From the NCBI GenBank assembly GCA_951804945.1, contig OX638153.1, forward strand, positions 80,104,001-80,168,000: a stretch of DNA of 64,000 nt. Reading direction: 5' to 3'. Every line of letters begins with the position of its first letter. Within the stretch, counting starts at the first letter, position 1. Source of the DNA: Podarcis cretensis (taxonomy: Eukaryota). A model generated the notes under the pieces. The model was not told the origin of the DNA, ran no database searches, and saw only the letters and a list, made by a program, of their open reading frames with translations. Shown here piece after piece: positions 12,811 through 25,013 of this stretch. The position numbers were made by a program, and so were the translations under genes.

Positions 12811-13813
12811 TGTCATGAACTGAACTGGCAGAATTACAAGGAGGAGGAGGAGCATCATGGCAAGGGGTGTAACCAGGACTGGGACACACCAGGGCAAGCT
12901 GAGGATGAGGAAAGAGGTCGGTGTAGGAAGTACTCACAGGGTGAGAGAAGGTGACAAGGGGATGGAGATCAGTGTCACGGTCCGGTTCACGGGAGATCGA
13001 AGTCCCGGCAGGGGACATCAGGACCAGGGGCAAGATGGCAGGATGGGAGCAGGAACGGGGGTCCAGAAGCCAGGAATCCAAGGGTCAGAAAGCAAGGAGT
13101 CACGAGGGCAAGGATCAAGAAGCAGGGAGTCAAAGAGCCAAGGTTCAAGGATCAGGAAGCAAGAAGCCAAATGTAGCAATGTAGGGAGCATGTTGCTGTA
13201 GCAAAGAAGCAAAGGGAAATGCTGACCTTATATCCCTTCCCAGCTCCTGCCACCAGGTGCTGTGAGTTACCAATTGGCCTCACCTGTAAGGCCACGCCTT
13301 GCCTCTTCAGAACAAACTTGGGAAGGCCCCAGTCCTAAAAAGTCCTATTGGTCACAGGGCCTGGCTCCTGCACGCACAACCTGACAGTCAGTACACAGCA
13401 ATCAAAAAAGCAGGACCATCACCAGATCCAGAGGGGCCCCTGTCTCCTCAAACATGTCAGGCTCTGAGGCGTAGGGAGCAGTGGGCTCTAGGAGGCTGTG
13501 GCAGGCAAAGGCTCACAGTCCAGCTTACTTGCCAGACAGGTGGGGCTCACTAGCTTTAAGAGGAGGGGTCCACTTCATGACCTGAAGTAGGCTTGGGACA
13601 GGTGAGGGTCACCTGTCTCATCAAGCCCAGATGCTGCAATCAGCATGCAAAGGGGCACCAGAGCTGAGGTGCTGTCTCTGCTCAACTGCTCATGTTGATG
13701 GACCTCAGCTTGGATACTCCAGGACTCCTGCAGGACTTTGGACACATGGATTGACCCTGGACTGGGGACTTGACATACTGACTTGCCACCAGGTAGGTCA
13801 GGGGTTCAGGACA
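12811..13813 (-). mobile_element. Solo LTR (about 1.0 kb), Gypsy-like
   Basis: Inverted termini TGTCATGAAC...GTTCAGGACA; TSD TTTTC; minus-strand CCAAT, CACCTG and GATATAAG near 13230-13280. Confidence 0.8.
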
Positions 13814-14043
13814 TTTTCTACAGTGGCAGAGCTCTCTGGAAGAAAAGGTGGGTTTATTGAGTTGGGGATATTGTTGATGAAAAGCAAAGCAAGATTATGA
13901 TGGCAGCAATGCAAGATCGTTGAACAGAAATGCAAATCAATATACTGTGTGTGTACAGCCTTTCTGTGCTAACTTAAAACTTGGTTCCTAGTACAGGACT
14001 GATATTTCTTAAGTCTAAAGGCTACTTACTTTGAAGGCAATTG

Positions 14044-14277
14044 CAGTGGTACCTCGGGTTAAGTATTTAATTCGTTCCAGAGGTCCGTTCTTAACCTGAA
14101 ACTGTTCTTAACCTGAAGCACCACTTTAGCTAATGGGGCCTCCTGCTGCCGCCGGAGCACGATTTCTGTTCTCATCCTGAAGCAAAGTTCTTAACCCAAG
14201 GTAATATTTCTGGGTTAGCAGAGTCTGTAACCTGAAGCGTACGTAACCTGAAGTGTATGTAACCTGAGGTACCACTG
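14044..14277. mobile_element. Tc1/mariner-pogo MITE (family A, opposite orientation)
   Basis: Same TIR; reverse complement of the other copies. Confidence 0.9.
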
Positions 14278-17200
14278 TATCTCCAAAGACATGGCTTTTT
14301 GCAGTCTCTTGTATTGTGTAAAAGGTACAGCGGCATGAACCAGAAGATAATACAAAAGTCCTTTGTGTGGTATTGTAAAGCTTAAGTTAGAGCAGCAAGA
14401 TAGAATGTGCAAGTAGGGCTGTTCAATGTAGTTTCTCCCCTCTTCCCAATATATTGTTGGGACTACAACTCCTGCTAGTCTCAGCATTGGTGGAGGAAGG
14501 GGGTGCAGTGGGTGCCCCACCCCCAGTTGCACATTATGTGTGCCACTCTGGGTGCCAAAGCAGCTAGCTCCGCCTCTGAGTATCAGCTGCCTCTGGCAAG
14601 GCCAGGCTTCAGGGATTTGGGGAGTTGTAGTGCAGCAACATGTTGAGGGTTTCACTACTGCCCCTTGCGAAAAGGAAGCGACTTCCTGGAAAATCCATGC
14701 ACAATCCAGACAATGGGACACAGCTCTAATTTAAGAACACCGTTTCATTTCCTCTGTGTTTACGTTTGTAGTTTTTGTTTTGTTTTCCAATATATTTTAC
14801 TATAACGTCAGAGAATATGAAGGATTTGCTGGTAGGAACCAAACCATTCCGGCTAGAACTGTTGTCAAAACCATAGTCAATTCAGCCGAGACATTTCCAG
14901 CAAACAAGGAACAGAAAAGACTACAGGAAGTTGTGTTGCTGACTGTAAAGTCTTTGGCTGAGCTAAGGCTAAAGAAGCAAAGCCTCTTCAATATAGGAGT
15001 TGCAAAAATATTACAAAATGATGTAGTCCAGAGGGATTTCTTGCATCTCCAAACATCCGGCAGATCGTAATCTTTTAATTCCGTTCAGTATAATGTGTGT
15101 GACACATTATTATGTGTGTCAAGAAGAGTCATCATGCCACTGTTTTTCAATACTTTTTGGTCTTAACCCAGGTACTCTGCTCAGAGGAAATGAAGAGCAA
15201 AGATTAGATTAGAGTTATTCTGAAACACTGAGGGGGAGGAAGCCTTCTTGTGCAATAAGTTACTGAGTCACAGAATTTCTGATTTCTAATTTGTCTCTCC
15301 ATCAGCAAAAGGACATTAAAGATAATCTGCCAAAGAAATTCAATTTATTGTTGCTTCCAGGTTTTGCACATTGAAGCAGAATAGTAATCAGTAAAATCAG
15401 TCACTCTATTGTCTTATACATACATAATGAAGGCCAGGGAGTTTTTCCTACCACATCTGTTATATGCACATGCAATGCTTCGTGCACAATTTGCTCGTGA
15501 TATCAAGGGTACTTGGGGGGTTTTCCATATAATTTTTATTTATGTTTTAAAATTATAAGAAAAAATGACAGAAGGAAAAATAAGAAAAGGGAGAGAAGAT
15601 GCCAGAAAACAAAGACAAAAAAATGAAGCATGGTGCAGCATTAATGCAGACATGCCACATGAGTACAGCAGAATATTGTTGAGATTTAACAAATACCTCT
15701 ATGTACTGGAAAAGGTAAATAGCACAGTAATTGTCAATATGTTGAATTCAAACAAAAATATTAATCTTAATTTCTTTGCTTTCTTATAAATTGTGTGCCA
15801 TATGAATAGAAATCGAATAAGAGTAAAATAAGACAAAATAAAAAGCATGGATGACTTGTATCTTGTTTGTACTGTCAAGCAACCCATGCTTTAGGATAGG
15901 TTGGAAGAACCATCCATCCACATGCCTCCTTATTCATAAATGATATGAAATCAGACAGTGCTGCAAAAACTAGAGCAGTCTTTCTCAACCTTGGGTCCGC
16001 AAACATCATTGGACTACAACTCCCATCATTCCTTGCTAGCAGGACCAGAATGCAGGAGCTACATAACTCAACAAAGCTCCCTGCCATGTCCACATAACAC
16101 CTTTGTGGAAGGAGCTAGCTGCTTTGGCTGCTGATTAGTTACCGGGCCATGTTTGGTTTGCTTTACAAAGCTCTAAATAGTTCCAGGACCATTTTAGCAA
16201 CACCAAAGTGATTTCTCCAGGGCACAAGCCTGGGCTATCCAGACAAGATCCCACCCCTCAGCCTCACTGATGTGGTCCAAAGGAAAGAAGAGCAATACAT
16301 TTGGCACCAACTTGGCTGCAGGAGTTGCCAGAAGTAGGTGTACAAGGTGTCCCGTCTTAGGGACTCCACTCCAGATTTGTGTAGTATTTACTCCCTGGCC
16401 TTTTCTTCTCCTGAAGATAACCCGCAAGGCGGCAGAGGTTTGGGATCAGAGTTTTCCTTCTCCTAGACAGGCTACCTTCTCAGGCTGATGAGCCCCATCT
16501 GCCTCTTTTTCCCCTGTAACACACGTTCAGAAACAGCCTTCTTGACAGTTGGACCCACTATTGGCCTTGTCCGCTCAATCTGCAGTAGCCTGTCTTTGCA
16601 TGCAGGGGAGGTCACTAACTTGCCAAGGGTTTAAGACCCATCAGATACCCTCACCTGGTTTAGCTGACCGTTCCTGGGTTCTGCCTGCTGTTTCATGCTG
16701 ACAACTTCTAGGAGCCACAGGTGAGGGCTGAGTGTAGGGTGGGGACCAAAAGTGAACAAACCACCCCAGAAATGCTATCCCCCCAACTGTACCCCTTCAG
16801 AAATGCATCCAGTGGGAGGTGGAGCACCCTACTTCCACCCATTGTTGCACACACTAGGTGGGATGCACTCCCAGATAAGATTAGGAAGGCTCCATTGTTG
16901 GGGTGCTTACACCAGGAAGTGAAAACCTATCTGTTCACCCAGGTATTTCCTGGCAGTGAGTACCAGTGCCTGACGTTCTGGTTACTATATTGTTGCTGCT
17001 GCTGCTGCTGTTATTTCACTCATCAATTTTAATAGATTTTGTATTTATTATGCTGGAACGCCCCTTGCATTTTCTACTAAATGGAAAGTGGTATATTAAT
17101 TTTAATAATATTGTTTTTTTAAAAATAGGACATTCTAGAATTAGTTAACAATGCTGGTACGCTCTCGTGCTGCTGGCATACTCTACCGATTTGTTAAGTA

Positions 17201-18486
17201 GATGGATAATACTTTGTTGAATAAATGCGCTCTTTCGGAGAGTGCAAACAAATCAATTTAGATTGCATCACATGGGGTGCAGACCACTATTTCCCATCAA
17301 ATTGGAATAATTGCCTATTCCACACTTGGGTGTGTGTGGTTTTTTTAGCCAGCAGACAGCAAACCTCTCCATTAAACGAGAAACTGGACCAATACATCAC
17401 TTGGCATTCTTTGCACACACCTCTTACAAATATATTTTGCAGGGTACCCTAGAAAGTCAGAGGTCTTCCAGGAAGGCAGCCTAATCTATGTCAACTTACA
17501 TACAGGAAGGAAAACGACAGAGAAGGGAGCAGTAGTGGGGAGGTATACTTCTTTTCAGTTGCTGTTAGTGGTACTTTGAGGCCATAATATGATCTTTCTA
17601 TGGGAAGCACTGGCAACACACTGATTTTCTTTCAGGACAGAAAGACCTTTAGGAAACCACATCTTTGTCTGGCTTTGTTTACTTCAGCGGGGGATGCCTC
17701 AGATGCTGAAAGCTACAGACAGCAAAAACTGTGCAACAGGCATAGGATCTGCTTTATCACCTTCCGTCTTCTTTCTGGCTTCTCATTCTCGCAAAGGTCA
17801 CCCATTCTTCTAAAGTGATGGGTAAATATCAACACTTTAAAAAATAAGTTCCAGGGCTATGGAAGAGGGTTCTTGTGTGGAGAGAGAAGACTTTTAAAAA
17901 ATATTTTTTTTTATTTTCATGTTCCTCACTGCTACCTTAGATACAATCCAGTGACCATGATTTAAATATCACCGCAATGGGGAAGACTGTGACCAAGTGA
18001 CCAAATGCCTGCTTCATGTCTAAGTGTTGATGGGCAACTTGAAGGCCTCTGTTCTCCCTTCTGAGGGTTCTTTATCTTTAGAAACTGGAAATGAACTGGT
18101 GGGTCCCTCAATCAGTGGATTCCTTCAAATGGAGGACTGTCATTTGTAATGTGGGATGCATGCCCACCCTAGAAGTCGCCCACATCTTATAAGTGTTTGT
18201 TTTTGCTGCTGCTGCCGCTGCTACAATTTCCATGGAGTGTGTCAAATAAGATGGGAGGCTCCATTTGCAGCACTGGCACAAATGAACACCTTGGTCCCTT
18301 TTCACGTATAGAAGAGTCAGGGACGACTGCACTCATTTCTAAGAAAACCAGCTGAGTTTTGCAGTGGTGGCTGGCAGAGGCAGATTTAGGGGAGTGCGGC
18401 CGGTTCACCTGCATCAAGCTGAGAGGGCTCTTCAAGGGGTGCCACAACAACTTGGAACAGAAGGCAAGAGGTGGGTGGCACCAAAT

Positions 18487-18671
18487 TCCTCCACATGCAA
18501 CTGCTGGGTGACCTTGAGCCAGTCACACTTCTTTGAAGTCTCTCAGCCCCACTCACTTCACAGAGTGTTTGTTGTGGGGGAGGAAGGGAAAGGAGAATGT
18601 TAGCCGCTTTGAGACTCCTTAAAGGGAGTGAAAGGCGGGATATCAAATCCAAACTCTTTTTCTTCTTCTTC
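18487..18671 (+). mobile_element. tRNA-derived SINE, 5'-truncated (same family)
   Basis: Aligns with the 3' 185 bp of 23482-23716; (TTC)n tail. Confidence 0.82.
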
Positions 18672-19330
18672 ACTGTGGTTGGTGTCCATTGGGCGGAAGC
18701 CAAGGAGGCCAACAGTAGGTGGAGGCACATTCAACAAGAGGCAGAGATGACTAATTCTCCTTCCTGTTGGGCAACATTGAGACTTGGGGGAAGGAAGCTG
18801 ACAGGCAGGGGTGTATCTTGGGCTGGTTTAAGGGGGGAGGGACTGTTGGGATTTTTGACTATGTGCTATTTGATGCAGCTTCCCATACAAGCAATTTAGG
18901 AGTTGTCTGAAGGCCAAGAAGACTGAGCAGAGGGAGTTATTCTGCCTAGAGATATGGAGCCTTGGATAAAACTCTGCTATTGGTCAAGGTCTCCACATGG
19001 GCATGATGACTCATGACCTTCCTTGCTAGTTAGTTAGTTGGTCGGTCAGTGTGTGTGTTCTGAGAGTCGTTTGGAGTTTGTTCAAGATAGAGTTAAGATC
19101 CGTGTCTGTATCCTGTACATAGTAACTTGTGAGTCTGCTGTAAATAATAAACACCTATAAGTAATCAAGTTACTGGTAGCAGCGTCTTGTTCCTGCTTCA
19201 TCCTACCCGCCTGCAACTGATTGCTTCTGGAAGTCAGCGTATGCTCTGCTATATTCAACTGGTTCTGGCTAAGATCCTGCAACAGGTTATAGTTGCGAAA
19301 CATCAATAGGGACTAGTTAAGGGCAGACTG

Positions 19331-19975
19331 AATCATAGAATCATAGAATCATAGAGTTGGAAGAGACCACAAGGGCCATCGAATCCAACCCCCTGCCAAG
19401 CAGGAAACACCATCAGAGCACTCCCGACATGTGGTTGTCAAGCCTCTGCTTAAAGACCTCCAAAGAAGGAGACTTTACCACACTCCTTGGCAGCAAATTC
19501 CACTGTCGAACAGCTCTTACTGTCAGGAAGTTCTTCCTAATGTTTAGGTGGAGTCTTCTTTCTTGTAGTTTGGAACCATTGCTCCGTGTCCGCTTCTCTG
19601 GAGCAGCAGAAAACAACCTTTCTCCCTCCTCTATGTGACATCCTTTTATATATTTGAACATGGCTATCATATCACCCCTTAACCTCCTCTTCTCCAGGCT
19701 AAACATGCCCAGCTTCCTTAGCCGTTCGTCATAAGGCATTGTTTCCAGGCCTTTGACCATTTTGGTTGCCCTCCTCTGGACACGTTCCAGTTTGTCAGTG
19801 TCCTTCTTGAACTGTGGTGCCCAGAAGTGGACACAGTACTCCAGGTGAGGTCTGACCAGAGCAGAATACAGTGGCACTATTACTTCCCTTGATCTAGATG
19901 CTATACTCCTATTGATGCAGCCCAGAATTGCATTGGCTTTTTTAGCTGCCGCGTCACACTGTTGGCTCATGTCAC
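19331..19975 (-). mobile_element. CR1 LINE 3' fragment
   Basis: ORF 19413..19970 is the CR1 ORF2 C-terminus ([33 protein letters not shown]); (ATTCTATG)n tail. Confidence 0.97.
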
Positions 19976-20042
19976 TGTTGGTGGGTTAGTGCCCCATTTG
20001 CTAATGAACCAGCCTCCACTGCTACATTATGACGTTTTCATT

Positions 20043-20294
20043 TGGACACGGAGCAATGGTTCCAAACTACAAGAAAGAAGATCAACCTAAACATTAGGAA
20101 GAACTTCCTGACAGTAAGAGCTGTTCGACAGTGGAATTTGCTGCCAAGGTGTGTGGTGGAGTCTCCTTCTTTGGAGGTCTTTAAGCAGAGGCTTGACAAC
20201 CATATGTCAGGAGTGCTCTGATGGTGTTTCCTGCTTGGCAGGGGGTTGGACTCGATGGCCCTTGTGGTCTCTTCCAACTCTATGATTCTATGAT
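20043..20294 (+). mobile_element. CR1 LINE 3' fragment, inverted relative to its neighbour
   Basis: Near-identical to the reverse complement of about 19341-19592; ends ctatgattctatgatt. Confidence 0.95.
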
Positions 20295-20691
20295 TTCCAA
20301 TGAAGCACTCCTTCCTTTCTTTTTTCTCATATCAGATAGGTAAAAATTAGACCGAATACTTAATACTCGCAGCCCCTTCAATATAAACTCCTGCTTCTCA
20401 GCAGTTGCACTACTTGTTGGTTTCTGTCGGTCAGACCAAATAATATAAATGCTTTCTGCATCGGTTTTGAAATCATTTTGTTCTTAAACTGGTTTTCAGT
20501 TTCACATCCCAGTATCATTATTGCAAAATGTATTACTTTCAAATTAGGTTTAGATGGCGATTTTCTCATTTTTGTCGTATTGTATTACAGCCAGATTTTA
20601 TAAAAATCAGCAGAGGGAAGAAAGGCCCCTTGTCCCTGACCCCCACAATAAAGAGGGAAGGCACTCATTTGGGTTTTTAAACAGGGATAAA

Positions 20692-20697
20692 TTTATT
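20692..20697 (-). terminator. Candidate distal polyadenylation signal of PLCH1
   Basis: Minus-strand AATAAA followed about 20 nt later by CA and a U/GU-rich tract (tctttattgtgggg); alternatives include ATTAAA at 24526-24531. Confidence 0.3.
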
Positions 20698-21176
20698 AAC
20701 TGCAACATTTTAAAAGAATGTGCAATAGCTTGAATATTAGGTACCCTTCCTACAGTCTGGGCCCCTATTAGTAAACAGTATTTGCTACCATCAATAGGTG
20801 CTAGAAGGAGGGGTGGATCAGCGTCACTACATATTTAAAATAGTATGTAATTTGCTTTACAGAAAAATTAAGAGTGCTCTGGGTGTATGTTTAAAGAAAC
20901 ACCACGTTTCCAGTTCTTAAGTCTGTGAAGTTATGGCTGAAAGTTTGGGTTGAGACTGAACATGATTTCCAGTACTCAGTGTTTGACTGCCAGGAAATGG
21001 ATGGGAGAAGTGAGAAACTGTATCCCTCTTGAGTTCTTTGCCCTCCCTATAAACAGCAGAAGCAGAAGAATGAAGTGTGTAAAATGAGAAAACCATGCCC
21101 ATTTGGTCGTTATCCATACTACAAGCCAGACTTAAATATAATGTGTTGTCATGGAGCCGAACTTTTACAAACAATG

Positions 21177-21455
21177 GCTCCTGCCAACCTAGTAGTTCGA
21201 AAGCACACCAGTGGAAGTAGATAAATAGATACCGCTGCGGCACGAAGGTAAACAGCATTTCCGTGCGCTCTGGTTTCTGTCACGGTGTCCCGTTGTGCCA
21301 GAAGCCGTTTAAGTCATGCTGACCACATGACCCGGAAAGCTGTCTGTGGACAAATGCTGGCTCCCTCGGCCTAAAAGTGAAATGAGCACTGCAACCCCAT
21401 AGTTGCCTTTGACTGGATTTAACCGCCCAGGGGTCCTTTACCTTTTTTTTACCTA
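21177..21455 (+). mobile_element. Sauria SINE, 5'-truncated
   Basis: ctgccaacctag..gttcgaaagcac core and ggggtcctttacc tail. Confidence 0.85.
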
Positions 21456-23481
21456 TGGGGGAATGAGAGATCTTAATATCATAGGTGCAAATGGAACAAA
21501 TGCATTTACTTTCCACCTTTAAAACCATTTATTCGAAGTAAAGAATAAATGTGTATGTGTGTGCACAGGATAAAGAGTGCCCTGGTTATTGTTAGGAATC
21601 AAAGCTTTCTCTACAGGTGTGGTTAAAGCTAATCTAATTCTGTTGCAGAAGTGTGTGCCAGGTCAAGAAAGATACAGCCTATGCAAGTTTTATTTCAAAG
21701 CCAGATACTTCCGCAGCCTCCACTGTGAAAAAGCACAGTCCTTCAGGCTACATTGAGTTAGACAGAATGACTGTCCATCTTGTGAATTGAGAAGTGGTTT
21801 TCCCCTTGAAAAGAGTGAATGTGAATGACAAGACAGAACAACTGCTGTTACAAACTGCCACTCACTTGACAGCGTCTTTCAACTTGGTTTCTTTTTTCAA
21901 AAACATGCATTTCGGTGCTTAAGGATTTCTTTTAATGTTTCTCTTCCATGAATACAAATAATATCTTGTATTACAAAAGAAAAAGAGGTATTACTTTTAC
22001 ACTGAACCAGAAATTCAGCTTACAATGAGAACAAACCCTCTAGGATAACGTTGCATTCTTCTAGTCTACAGGAAAGAACTTGGACAAGTTTTTTTCTTTT
22101 TCTTTTACAATCACTCTTCCTGAAAAAGCCCTTGTCTCAAAAGCGCATGATGAACAGCCTAGTTTTTCCTATTATAAGTGTGGAATAAGTGTGGCATAAT
22201 TGGCCATGTTTGCACAAAATACTGAGCTTGTTGTGCAGGAGCTGAGCCCTCCTGCTGTGTTCTTTTTTCATGAGTGGGTAACTAAACCACAAAGTGGCAA
22301 GCTTAGTGTGATATCTGAACCCAGAAGCATGGTTTGTTTCACCCTAGCAAACCATAATTGCTACCCAGGGTTAAACCAACTTTAGCTGTTAGCTTGGTGA
22401 TCATGGTTTACTAGGGTTTCTTTTGCCCCTCATATGAAAGGAGGTGCAAAAGATAGTGTTTCAGACAGTGTGTACCAGCCCATAACTTAAAAGTAAGTCT
22501 TTGTGGTTTGGCATTAGATCCTAATGTGGCTACTCTGCACCAATTTGCTACTGTGTTTCACTGCCAAATATACAGAACAAAATACATGGAAAGCAGGACT
22601 GGGCAAACAGGCCATACATTTAAACCACACAATCTCCACAAATAATCCAGGGAACTGCAGGTTCCCCTCACACAGCTACAGTTCCCATCACTCTTAAACG
22701 GTCCCCAGGATTCTTTGGGGGAAGTCATGTGATTTAAATGAATGGTGAGTATGCAGCCCAAGGTTTGCATCATCTTCACCTTTATGACCATCAGAGATGG
22801 GTATCTAATAGATCCCAGAGAAATGTGAAAAAGCTTCTGTTGGAAAAGAAAGGGAAGCTATGATAAATCTTATAAATCCTAGGTAGGTTTTAAATGACAA
22901 ACTTTTTTGGCTTCTGTTTTTCCTTTCAACCCTTCCCTCCCACCCCAAGAAAACCCCCCAAAACTTTACATAGTTGAGTAAAGCAACACAATTGTTGCAA
23001 TTGCATCAATTCAAACCATGGTTAACATGAGCTAGATTCCATTGAAACCTGGGTTTGGAAAACCCACCAACCCTGATTCCAAACACTGGTGACATGGGTA
23101 ATCTTGATATTAACCTTGGCTACCTGTGATGCAATTGTAATATCATGCCATGGTCAAAGGAAAACACAGAAGAGAAGGTGGGAAATCAGACAGAAAGGAA
23201 GAAAGTCTGTGACACACCATGATCAGAGGATCAGGAATGTCAAATCTGCACTGGGCCTCTGTGCTTGGATCACCCGAGTTTCAAGGAATGTTTGAATGGG
23301 ATGCAGCCCCTCCCCCTTTTCCTGATCATCCAGTGTTTGGTTTCTGTCACTAGATGCTGCTGCAGTACTGTTTATCTAGTCACAAATACAAGCACAATAT
23401 TTTGGAACTTGGTGTTACCCTTAGAAATACCCTAGTATTTAATTAACTATGTATGACTGGGCAGGATTAAAACACTACACC

Positions 23482-23716
23482 AGTGTGGTGTAGTGGTTAA
23501 GAGCGGTAGACTCATAATCTGGGGAACCGGGTTCGCTTCCTCGCTCCTCCACATGCAGCTGCTGGGTGACCTTGGGCTAGTCACACTTCTCTGAAGTCTC
23601 TCAGCCCCACTCACCTCACAGAGTGTTTGTTGTGGGGGAGGAAGGGAAAGGAGAATGTTAGCTGCTTTGAGACTCCTTCGGGTAGTGATAAAGTGGGATA
23701 TCAAATCCAAACTCTC
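23482..23716 (+). mobile_element. tRNA-derived SINE (second family, L2-like 3' end)
   Basis: A box tggtgtagtggtt, B box gggttcg; three copies in the window share the 3' part ending gatatcaaatccaaactc. Confidence 0.85.
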
Positions 23717-25013
23717 TAGTTCAATGAGATCAGATTCCACAGTCAGGCAACCAATGTGGGAAGACTCAACCTATATAATACTTAAGAGGATATGCACTCA
23801 AAGGGTAAGGAAGATGTTTTATCAACTGTTGGTTTCAAAACAGGCAGATATCCAATACTGATATATAGACATGTGAAACAAATCAACATGATTCTCGGTT
23901 CATGTAAAACAAAGATGGACAACCAGTAGCCTTCCAGATGTTGCTGAACTACCACTTGCATGAGTCTCAACCAGTATGGTCAATTATCAGGGATGATGGG
24001 AGTTGTAGTTCAGCAACAACAACTCCAGAAGTTAGCCACCCCAATGTAAAAAGTCACTCTTTAGAGCTACAACTCAGCAATGGCAGACAGATCTGAAGTG
24101 CAGATTGAAACAAAGATAGCAAACAAAACACATGATTCAAAAGACAAGTGAGAGTCTCAGCACAAGAGAAGCAGGCCAGTGCTTTGGAAGCACAAATGGT
24201 AGTATGACTGAGACCATTTTTCACACACCCCCCCCCCAAAAAAAACAAATCGAATTCTGAAACCCAAACTTCACATCCTAATACATATTTTAAGACATGC
24301 CACTGGCATGTCAGCTTTTTTTCCCTTCTGCCAATGAAGTGAGGCTTTCAAGTTTGCTACCTTTACTCCCCCCCCCCCAAAAAAATCTGAAATTTGTACT
24401 TGAAAATTCAAAATCTTTGTTTCAACATTTGGAATTCAAAATGTGTGTCCCTATCATCCCTTTCACTAGTGTAAAACAGCACTGCCTCGGCATGCCATGA
24501 TCACTCTCTAATAAATACAGGTGTATTTAATTTCTTTGATGAGAATGGTATCAATTAAAAAGCTGTGTGATTAGGTTCAAAGGAGGGAACATCGTGGAGA
24601 TAATAAACCACTCTAAAATTCCTTAGAAGCAGCAAAATGATAGAGACAAAAGAGGGAAGAAACGTTGTATTGAGTGCAGCATTTTGTGGTAATCAATAGC
24701 CATACCAAATTCTATTGTACAAGCATTTCAAATACAGGACATCAGGACCTCTTGCATTTTATGTCATGCAAACAACTTTTTTTGTGTATAATTTCTTTAA
24801 AAAATGAGGAAAACGACCAAGTACATAAAGTTTTACAACATCTATTTACATCAACTGTGATGGCAATGGACACATTAATTCATGACAAGGCTCAAACAGT
24901 AGCGAAAAGAATACATTTCTGAGTCATTTAAATGCTAATGGCTACGTTGCTTATGGATCATCCTTCATTCTGTGAGGAAGCTTGTAAACAATGGAGATGT
25001 ACATTTATACAAT

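Noticed and set aside
12811-13813. An LTR-embedded ORF like the one in the 31844/36618 family
   Set aside because: All minus-strand frames over the U3-like part appear interrupted and there is no second copy for comparison; the + strand ORFs are low-complexity purine-rich sequence.
1-25000. Searched for the micropeptide gene STRIT1/DWORF, which I recall lying between MME and PLCH1 in mammals
   Set aside because: No GWIVGC-like hydrophobic coding exon found by eye on either strand; TBLASTN would be needed to exclude a diverged copy.
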